A DNA stretch of 64,000 bases, taken from Mayamaea pseudoterrestris (taxonomy: Eukaryota). The position numbers and the translations under genes were made by a program. Numbering within the stretch: the stretch's first letter is position 1; the number at the start of each line of letters is the position of its first letter. The notes beneath the pieces were generated by a model. That model was not told the origin of the DNA, ran no database searches, and saw only the letters and a list, made by a program, of their open reading frames with translations. Positions 56,343 through 64,000 of this stretch are shown here, one piece after another. The DNA lies in the NCBI GenBank assembly GCA_027923505.1, contig BROI01000007.1, positions 124,001 through 188,000 of the forward strand. Reading direction: 5' to 3'.

Positions 56343-57535
56343 TTACAACTCATCTTCACCATCATCGCCAGCTTCATCCTCGGTATTAACAAGATTGTCA
56401 AGCAAAGAATCCACTTGCTCGTCCTCATCCACACTTAATCCCAGTGGATCCGGATTGTATTCAATTTCTTCATCCAGTTCCTTCAACAACTCGTCGAGTG
56501 ACTGCATCTTAGGCTTGTCAATATTCTCCTTGTCAGCTTGAGACATGTCGGAAAGCAGGGTGCCGGCGTATAAATCTTTCAAAAAGTCGCCCTGCGCGGC
56601 TACAAAGCCATCAAACTCGGACGGCTGCGTCACGGCCCAGTAGCAAAAGCCGAAAAAGGCAAGACCAACGCCAATGCGATACTTTAGTTGACCGGGCTTC
56701 GTAGGTTCAAACGAGTAGACTGGCTTGAAGGATTCAACAAAACCAAGTGACTCGTCAAACAAATTTGGTAGAAACCAAAATTCGTAACCAACAATCCAAA
56801 GAAAAAGAAATCCAGACGCTCGCAGCGTAATGAGAAAAAATATGAACAAGAGAAGCGTGACCGAAAGGTACCAAACCCATACTCGAAGAAACTGTGGCCA
56901 AATGGGAAAGCAAACGCAGCAAAGAAAGCCAACAATTAGAGCCGTCGTCATTAAATGACTCATCGTCTTGTCACCCTCGTATACCCAAGTGTAGTAGCCC
57001 GACTCGTCAAAGTCTCGGACGCGTGACATCTGCAAAATTACAGTAACACAATTGTCGTATAAGTAAATTCCTCCATGTCACACAAACTGCAGACTCGTAC
57101 TCGTAATACTTTCGAAGCTTACCCCTAATTCTCCCTTGCCCCGTTTTTCCGATCTCACAAAGAAGCTGTGCTTGGCCAATTCCTTGCAGACGGCAATGAC
57201 TTCCTGACGACCCTTGAATTTGGGCAGGTAGCTTGGCCATTTCGTGCCCTTTTTCGGTTCCGCCAAAAAGTTGACAAGCTTTTCACCTGCGAAATCGTGG
57301 ACGATAGAACCACGTTTGTGTGAGCGAATTGAGTCTGTATTATCGCGCTACATTAGTCGATTACATGAACGCATCAGAACGTACCCTTGACGTAATGGAC
57401 TCGCTTCTCCATCATTGTGGCCTCTCTAACGGGTGGGCCATGCTTAGAGCGAAGAAAGTTGCACAGCTGCTTCAAGTTTTCAACATCCTCGTAAAAAGAT
57501 TGGCCTGCGCCATCGCCATTGGTTGGAGCACTCAT
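56343..57535 (-). CDS. SEC62: Translocation protein SEC62; exons 57535-57385, 57286-57123, 57029-56343
   Basis: RVHYVKG|EKLV, YYTWVYE, two TMs with CFPIWP, FWFLPNLFD..GFVESFKPVYSF; canonical introns. Confidence 0.93.
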
Positions 57536-57727
57536 TCTGATAGCTATTATTATAATATGAGAGTACCGTAGAGCATGCAACTGACAGTGAGTTCAAGAGG
57601 CGGTCATCTAATTGCAACGAAATGGCGTTGATGTTTCACGAGATGAGGTGTGTGGTGGAAGTTACGCGGATGCGGCAATGAAAAGAATGGCGTACAGTAC
57701 TGCTGCGACTCAATGGATCATCGCCGG

Positions 57728-59053
57728 ATGGATTCAGTCATTCTGCCACCCAATGCGAAATGCGACTGCATTATTTCAACGACCATTACCGCGACTCTCA
57801 TGATACTACCGGTAGAAGCAAAGATTGAATCTCTTCCATTCCTGGATGTACCGGATGATGGTGCTGGTATTCTTGAAGTTCAAGACGTCGACAACGGCGA
57901 TGATCGTCACCATCGGCGTGCCGGCAGATGGTCCGAGTGGTTCGCTCAAGTGAGGCAGGCGGTTCACATACTGCGACATGTCCTCATGCTTCTGATGAAT
58001 ATTTGTGCATGGTATGCTACCAACGGAATGAATGGGATTGCTATGCAAAAGGCAGCTGTGGCGCTGAGGGAAGACCATTTAAATTTTGTTTCAGTCCTTG
58101 CCAATACCACCTTGATAACAGCGGTGCAATTACTGCTGGGAGCGATTTTGGGCAGACTTTTGCTCTATGTTTATGCTATTACATATCGAACCAAACCTGT
58201 TTCCCTTTCACTAGGCTTTGACCTATCGCAACCTGCACAAATTCTGCTCGCTGCGCTTCACTCGATTGGATCCATTGCGACAAATCTGGGATTCATGTTT
58301 GGGTCGGCCAGCCTTGTGCAGATTATTAAACTCATGGAACCCTTTCAGACTTTGATACTCACCAAGCTCTGTTCGGAGGAAGGCAAGAAAATTACGCTCG
58401 GCATCATTACAAGCATGTCGGTTACCGTTGGTGCGGCAGTGTCACTCATCAAATCACGTCAACAGCAGCCACCACTCCTCGCTGTCCTCTTTGCGCTTCT
58501 TTCTGGTTTTACTTTGAGCAGTCGTAACGTTTTGCAGCGACACCAATACATGTCCAAGCCAATGACGACGCGCAAGCCATCGCTACAAGACGAACATGGC
58601 CCACTAGAACGCGCACTGGTTCAATTCACGCAAATATCGCTTCAGTCTGGCCTGCTCGTCACCACCTTGATGCTGCCAGTCCTATTCATCACTCCCATGG
58701 AAAACATCTTGTATGCACACCCAGGCGCCCTGACAACTTTTATCGACGTTTTCGCCTGGCATCCTCTTTACAATGCCTTTTCCATGATTACCTTGGGCTT
58801 TTGCTCGGCTCTCACACACTCTTTATTGAACGCTGGCAAGCGCGTCGTTGCCATTGCCATGGCTATTATTTGGTTCAAGGAAAGATTCACAACAAGAAAC
58901 ATAATGGGGCTTTTATTTACATTAGTGGGTGGGTGCTGGTACACGTGCGAGAGTCAAAGCAAGGGCAGGCCGCAGAGACTGTCATGGTTCAAGGTTGGGC
59001 CAGCATTCCTCATTCTGTATGTTCTCTTTTCGAGTCAATGGGACAATGTTTAA
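57728..59053 (+). CDS. Triose-phosphate / nucleotide-sugar transporter family protein (start uncertain: 57728 or 57800)
   Basis: Many TM segments; ICAWYATN, SASLVQIIKLMEPF, SSRNVLQ, SALTHSLLNAGKRVVAI. Confidence 0.85.
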   Translation: MDSVILPPNAKCDCIISTTITATLMILPVEAKIESLPFLDVPDDGAGILEVQDVDNGDDRHHRRAGRWSEWFAQVRQAVHILRHVLMLLMNICAWYATNGMNGIAMQKAAVALREDHLNFVSVLANTTLITAVQLLLGAILGRLLLYVYAITYRTKPVSLSLGFDLSQPAQILLAALHSIGSIATNLGFMFGSASLVQIIKLMEPFQTLILTKLCSEEGKKITLGIITSMSVTVGAAVSLIKSRQQQPPLLAVLFALLSGFTLSSRNVLQRHQYMSKPMTTRKPSLQDEHGPLERALVQFTQISLQSGLLVTTLMLPVLFITPMENILYAHPGALTTFIDVFAWHPLYNAFSMITLGFCSALTHSLLNAGKRVVAIAMAIIWFKERFTTRNIMGLLFTLVGGCWYTCESQSKGRPQRLSWFKVGPAFLILYVLFSSQWDNV

Positions 59054-59073
59054 TCTTAAAGTTGGTAATTTAC

Positions 59074-61800
59074 TCATTTAATAGTAGTTGTATGCTCTGA
59101 AAATAGCGTCAGACGTGCCATCAAACGCGAGACTTGATCTTGGATGGGACCTTTTACCGCCAAATGTTCAACCGAGTCGAGAAGATTGCTGCTCACGCGA
59201 TGTACGATGGGCTCCAACTCGGCTCCGTCATTGACTAGCAGCGACATGCACGCGATGGTAGCTGCCTGCTCTGTAGAATCCATGTGAACAACCTTGGCAC
59301 ACAGAGCTGCAAAGAAGTCTGTCATCAGAATCGCGTCTGTCGAGAGCAAAATTCGTGCAGGTTTTGTCCATCGATCAAATTCGCTGTTCATGTTTCTCGC
59401 TAGATCCAACGCAGGCACGTTGCAATAAAAGTGAGCGATGGCGTCGCAAACCAGTGCACGGCTCTCAGCGGGAAGAATAGTCCATACAGATGATTTTGAG
59501 TACTCGCCAATGTCCAAGGACAACAGACATAGCATGACCAACGCTGCTCTCAAACGAAGTAGATCGCAGCTATTCGTCTTCGCTACATCTTTGTCTTGTC
59601 CGAGCCATGCGCGTAGCAATGGATATAGCATTGTGAGCACCTTTGATGCACCGCAGTCGATGAAACATTGACTCGCCTCAGCAACACCGAGATCGTACGA
59701 CATCATCGTCTGCCATGAGTGATTGTCGACATCATTTAATCCTTTGTTCAAAGCTTTGTCCGTACATGAAGCCAGTCCGGTCGTATCCAGAATGAATGTC
59801 AAGTAAGCATGCATTGGTAGTTCTTTGCGGATCGAATGGAAGGATTGCATAATGAACGAAACAACAGCGGATGAAACGTGTTTCCGCATGCGGCGGCTGC
59901 GAGCACAAATCTGTCCCAAAGATGATAGAGATGAAAGTAACGGTTTACCCAGTATTACGACGAGCGACACCAGCAAGCGCTGTGAAGACTCTGGGTAGAG
60001 CTCAAATATACTGGGAGATCCAGCGAACAACGTTTGGAGCTTGGCCTTCAAACAATCGAAAAGCGAATCATTCTGAGTTACAGACTGACGAGCGACGTGA
60101 TGAAGAAACGTCAATACGCAGTAGCTCTTGGACGGAAACTCGTGACTCCAAGCAGAGAGATAATTTGGAGCTTGTCGAATGAAATCAATCGAACAAGGGC
60201 CAAATTCGGCATACAATACCGCGATATCGTACCCTTCGAGCTCAAACAACGCGCATGCCAGCCGAGCAGCTTCATGCCCTACCGCAGAGCAGGCCGCAGC
60301 GGCAGATAGCGTCGATTCTTGAAAAAACGTTTGACCAAATGCTCTGACAAGCTTGACGCGCAACTTTGCTTCCCCTGGATTATGGTTCTTGCGAAGCACG
60401 AATTGACCAAAAAGTCGGAGAGTATGAACTTGACCGTCAAGAGCGTCCAGTTGGTTCATGTTCAAGACTGACGACAAAACATGCGAGGCCACCCTCTTCT
60501 TCCACATCTCAGACTCCTTCTCGAGTCCCGCGGTCATTGCAAGCGCATACAACACTGCACATAATACAGAATCCAATTCGTCGGTCAGTGAACGACTCGA
60601 GCCTTGCTGCTGACTTGGAAAAATCTCCAAAATGAGCCTGCCAATCTGTCGGCACGTCTTTTCAATTGATGCACGCTCCTTATCTGTCGCATAAAGTAGC
60701 TGATGTTGATAAAGCTCCCAAAAGCATTGAATGGATTTGCACAGCAGCAAAAGCGTTTCACCATCGTTGCCCAGTGGCAATCTTCGCTGTGACACTTCAA
60801 TCAATGCGTTGCGGAAACAATTCATGAGATCTAGACATGTAATACTTGTAGCTTGATTAGACGTCAACGAGTGTTTTGACTGAGCAAATAGCGCAACGTC
60901 CTGCAGACTGTTCAGCGGCACGGGCAAATAATTTGAATGTCGCTGATGTATAAAAGTGACTGCGTTGCGTGACCCAGCCGTCTCCGTAATCACCAAATCA
61001 GCAGATTGACTTGATTTTTTTTCTATTTCAAGCGACTCGTCGCCTACTGCATTCGTCGTCAGGAGTGATAAGAGCCCGCTTGCTAGCGAGAAGTCGCTGT
61101 TTGGACGCTTTGGCTTGGAAACCTTTCGTTTCTTTGTCGGAGCGTCGCCGGATCCATTTTCGATCGGCTGTTTAAAAAGATTCGTTTGCGAAAGGAGTCT
61201 TACTAATGCGGGAAGAAGCTCCGATAGTTGCGGGGCAACGACGCGGGGAACCTTTTGACACAGCATCTCCAAGGCAATGGCTCCATGCGTCCGAACCTCC
61301 TCGTCTAGACTATTCAGCGCACACGACAATGTCGCCATTAAAAGCGGAGCAAATGGTGTCAACGCCAGGGTCGCATTCGATCCAAAAACTGACAACAGAT
61401 CCTTCAATGTAAATAGACCAACCTCGCGGACCTGTTCTTCTTGGTCTACGCAGCATTTGGCAACGACTGGTACAAGACTCGATAGATGATTCCATAGCGC
61501 ATTATCTGTGGAATTGTGTACAAGATCCTTCAGACCTTTGGCCGCCGAGAGGCGTACAGCTTGTGCTGGATGTTGTAGCTGCAACGTCAATTCGGAAATA
61601 GAGTGTCCTCGCGAGGAAAGTAACTCATCATGCGTCTGTGGTGTGGTCGAGGCAGCCACTGTCTGTCGTCGAACCGAAACGGAAGCAGATTTAAAAGCAG
61701 TATCCGTTAGATTGGCAGGTTTGGGCGCACGTTTGCCAACTTTGGCTTTGACTCGTTTAAAGTCTGGCGGAGGAGGTTTGGTGCTCTTAACAGGTGCCAT
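59074..61800 (-). CDS. TEX10: Pre-rRNA processing protein IPI1/TEX10
   Basis: DFKRVKAKVGKRAPKPANLTDTAFKS, ELTLQLQHP..VRLSA..GL, followed by HEAT-like helices. Confidence 0.88.
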   Translation of the reverse strand: MAPVKSTKPPPPDFKRVKAKVGKRAPKPANLTDTAFKSASVSVRRQTVAASTTPQTHDELLSSRGHSISELTLQLQHPAQAVRLSAAKGLKDLVHNSTDNALWNHLSSLVPVVAKCCVDQEEQVREVGLFTLKDLLSVFGSNATLALTPFAPLLMATLSCALNSLDEEVRTHGAIALEMLCQKVPRVVAPQLSELLPALVRLLSQTNLFKQPIENGSGDAPTKKRKVSKPKRPNSDFSLASGLLSLLTTNAVGDESLEIEKKSSQSADLVITETAGSRNAVTFIHQRHSNYLPVPLNSLQDVALFAQSKHSLTSNQATSITCLDLMNCFRNALIEVSQRRLPLGNDGETLLLLCKSIQCFWELYQHQLLYATDKERASIEKTCRQIGRLILEIFPSQQQGSSRSLTDELDSVLCAVLYALAMTAGLEKESEMWKKRVASHVLSSVLNMNQLDALDGQVHTLRLFGQFVLRKNHNPGEAKLRVKLVRAFGQTFFQESTLSAAAACSAVGHEAARLACALFELEGYDIAVLYAEFGPCSIDFIRQAPNYLSAWSHEFPSKSYCVLTFLHHVARQSVTQNDSLFDCLKAKLQTLFAGSPSIFELYPESSQRLLVSLVVILGKPLLSSLSSLGQICARSRRMRKHVSSAVVSFIMQSFHSIRKELPMHAYLTFILDTTGLASCTDKALNKGLNDVDNHSWQTMMSYDLGVAEASQCFIDCGASKVLTMLYPLLRAWLGQDKDVAKTNSCDLLRLRAALVMLCLLSLDIGEYSKSSVWTILPAESRALVCDAIAHFYCNVPALDLARNMNSEFDRWTKPARILLSTDAILMTDFFAALCAKVVHMDSTEQAATIACMSLLVNDGAELEPIVHRVSSNLLDSVEHLAVKGPIQDQVSRLMARLTLFSEHTTTIK

Positions 61801-62005
61801 GGTTGAAAGGAGGAAATTGTGAGCAGAACAAAATTTTTTGGTGGTCGTCAGGAGTTTTCATTGCGTGAAACGAACTTTCAGTGAACATTCCAGATTATTA
61901 GTGCCGCTACGACTTGTAGTTAATGATGAGACGCCTGATGAGCCGCAGATTCCTTGCTGGCGATGACCATGGCGGCAGAGTTAAGTACGCATTGAACAAG
62001 TCAAC

Positions 62006-64000
62006 ATGAGCGGGAACCAAAACGAGGAGTTCCCTGCTCCGCCTCGCATGCCGCCGATCAGTAATAGCATTTTGATCGATGCCGGAAAGCAAAGACAACA
62101 ATCCCCCAAATCGGGCGTCGCTCCGCACCTTTCAACTACTTCCATTCCGCCTCTAGCGAGCGCACCACCGTCAGGAAACTTTACTGGGAATCTTTTAAAC
62201 ACAACGCACGACGTGGGTTCCACATTTCCTAGTGTTTCGCCAACGATTGTTTCGCTACCGCCGCCTCCGCCTCCGGCAAGGTTGTCTTCCGCGTCACCTT
62301 CGTCCTCGTTACCTCGATCGCCTCTGCGCCAGCCCTCGACAACTCCCTTACCTCCGCCGCCAGTCATATCCACGAACATGGCCAGCTTCGGAGATCATAC
62401 GGCAATGAATAGCTTAGCTGGCGGTAGCCCTCCAATGGATAACACTGATTTCAGCAGCGACCATGACACCGTCAGCGAACCGCCGCGTCTCCCTTGCACG
62501 AGCTTTGCACCCAAGACCCTTCAGCTACTCGCCAAGCGACAAACGCACATCCCAGTTCTTGTCCTAGCTACCGAAGCTGCTCATAAGATAGCTTGGAAGA
62601 ATCAGTTGCGGTTGACAGACATGCTGGAAGGCCTGATTCAATCGGCAACGTCGTCCAACTCGGCAGCCGCCGCCTCAAACCCATTGCCTCCATTTCGATC
62701 TACCACACGATCCCTCCAGCTGAACTGGTCGGAAATACAAATATCTTTTATTGAGCCGGATCAACTAGCGGCACCGCTTCCCGATGGACACGCACAAACA
62801 TTGCTACAGCAACATGCCGTTCTGCAATCATCCGACGGCAATCTTCAGCATGAGCTACAGATTTTGGAGGATCAAGTCGACAATCTGCTCCAGGACAATG
62901 TACAAGATCAAAGCAACGTTTCTGATCCAATGGACTGGTACACAGATCGACAGGAGCAGCTTCAGCAAGTCACAAAAGATGCCTATGCCTTGACTAGTCC
63001 ACTCAGTATTCCTTGGCTATGGCGGTATCGAATGGCGCTGGATGCGTCGACAGATGGATTGGAGCCTGACATGTTTCAATGTCCAGCCTTGTGCTTGTTG
63101 GTTTGTACGACGAACGAAGTTGCTGGGCCTTTGGAAACGCTCAAATCGCTATCATCCCGTCATTACTTGCCACCGGCGTATCAGAATGGATTGTTTGATC
63201 CAGACGCGATTCGAAAGGAAGTGTTGGTATTGCATGATTCGGTGGACGGACCAGCCGGTTGGAGCGAAAACTCGTTGCGGCCGCACGAAGCGTCTTTGAG
63301 ACAATCGCTGCAAGCTAAATTTGGACCTTCAGCGAGCATTGTTAGATTGAACAGCATTGCGCCGGCATCAGCTGCGCAACTTGCACACGAGGAAGACTCA
63401 GATCTTTGGGGCGGCGATGGCGCCCGTGGAAAATGTCTATCGGTTTCTGATCGAGTTGTGATTCGCAAATATTTAGCAGCCATGGTGACGAATGCTCTAC
63501 TGCCAGCGTTGGAGAGACGAGTGGCCGATTTAAACGCAATTGTGAGTGATCGAAAGAAGGGCGTGAAGAATGTGTTGAAGAGCTTTTGGCGGGGTGGCAG
63601 CAGGGTCAAGGATGATGAAGTGGCGGCTAGTCCTTCAAGAAGTGACGTCAGGTATAGATTCGACAGCATTGAGAGTCAGTCGAGGTTACTCGCCGATACG
63701 CTGTTTTTGATGCGTGACTACGACGCCGCCCAGGGATTCTATCGTCTCGTTAAGGATGATTATAAGCAAGACAAGGCTCATGGTCATTACGGGAGCGTTT
63801 TAGAGCAAATAGCGCTGTGTATGTACCTTGCGGATTCATATGGCAGAGCCAAGGATATTTTTGCAAGCGTCGAGTCGGCGCTGCTCAGCTACAGTCGAGC
63901 GTCCGAGGACGAACGTCCTCCATCGTGGGGAGAAAAGCCGGGACGTCCATTGACGGCAACACCATATACTCGACTAGCGACGCGCTTGTGTCTCGTGTTG
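62006..64000 (+). CDS. TRAPPC8: TRAPP III subunit TRAPPC8/Trs85, 3'-partial (no stop in window, so absent from the ORF track)
   Basis: ATG 62006, Pro-rich N-terminus, then LLPALERRV..LNAIVSDRKKGVKNVLKSFW and ESQSRLLADTLFLMRDYDAAQGFYRLVKDDYKQDKA. Confidence 0.88.
   Translation, partial: MSGNQNEEFPAPPRMPPISNSILIDAGKQRQQSPKSGVAPHLSTTSIPPLASAPPSGNFTGNLLNTTHDVGSTFPSVSPTIVSLPPPPPPARLSSASPSSSLPRSPLRQPSTTPLPPPPVISTNMASFGDHTAMNSLAGGSPPMDNTDFSSDHDTVSEPPRLPCTSFAPKTLQLLAKRQTHIPVLVLATEAAHKIAWKNQLRLTDMLEGLIQSATSSNSAAAASNPLPPFRSTTRSLQLNWSEIQISFIEPDQLAAPLPDGHAQTLLQQHAVLQSSDGNLQHELQILEDQVDNLLQDNVQDQSNVSDPMDWYTDRQEQLQQVTKDAYALTSPLSIPWLWRYRMALDASTDGLEPDMFQCPALCLLVCTTNEVAGPLETLKSLSSRHYLPPAYQNGLFDPDAIRKEVLVLHDSVDGPAGWSENSLRPHEASLRQSLQAKFGPSASIVRLNSIAPASAAQLAHEEDSDLWGGDGARGKCLSVSDRVVIRKYLAAMVTNALLPALERRVADLNAIVSDRKKGVKNVLKSFWRGGSRVKDDEVAASPSRSDVRYRFDSIESQSRLLADTLFLMRDYDAAQGFYRLVKDDYKQDKAHGHYGSVLEQIALCMYLADSYGRAKDIFASVESALLSYSRASEDERPPSWGEKPGRPLTATPYTRLATRLCLVL

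Noticed and set aside
2025..64000. Apparent clustering of ribosome-biogenesis genes (NOC3, LYAR, MPP6, TEX10) and trafficking genes (EMC7, RAB5, GBF1, SEC62, TRAPPC8)
   Set aside because: Common housekeeping classes interleaved with unrelated genes; no evidence of a functional cluster.

Overview
Gene-dense eukaryotic nuclear DNA, most likely from a diatom. This is inferred from short GT-AG introns, several bipartite signal + 'AF'-type plastid-targeting leaders, and a Ty1/copia element resembling diatom CoDi elements; the species cannot be determined. About 29 protein-coding loci are supported, mostly housekeeping: EMC7, plastid NFU, CNOT4, NOC3, RAB5, U2SURP, tandem ArsA/GET3, LYAR, FAM192A-like, GT32, bZIP, TrmB-like, NUP205, DnaJ, ankyrin, inositol monophosphatase family, TatD, MPP6, HAD nucleotidase, PhyH, GBF1-type ARF-GEF, SEC62, TPT-family transporter, TEX10/IPI1 and TRAPPC8 (runs off the end). 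Main points of interest: (1) the ARF-GEF gene is split by a 3'-truncated, heavily frameshifted copia element (51175-55093) flanked by a 714-bp direct duplication whose edge falls exactly on a splice acceptor, either a haplotype mis-join or a real splice-rescued allele; (2) a probable box C/D snoRNA with an LSU rRNA guide in the LYAR intron; (3) unusual plastid domain fusions (GIY-YIG-like + NFU, tandem ArsA, CysRS-C-like + TrmB-like). No tRNA, rRNA or CRISPR array was recognised, and I found no convincing new multi-gene system. Family calls rest on recalled motifs, not database searches.
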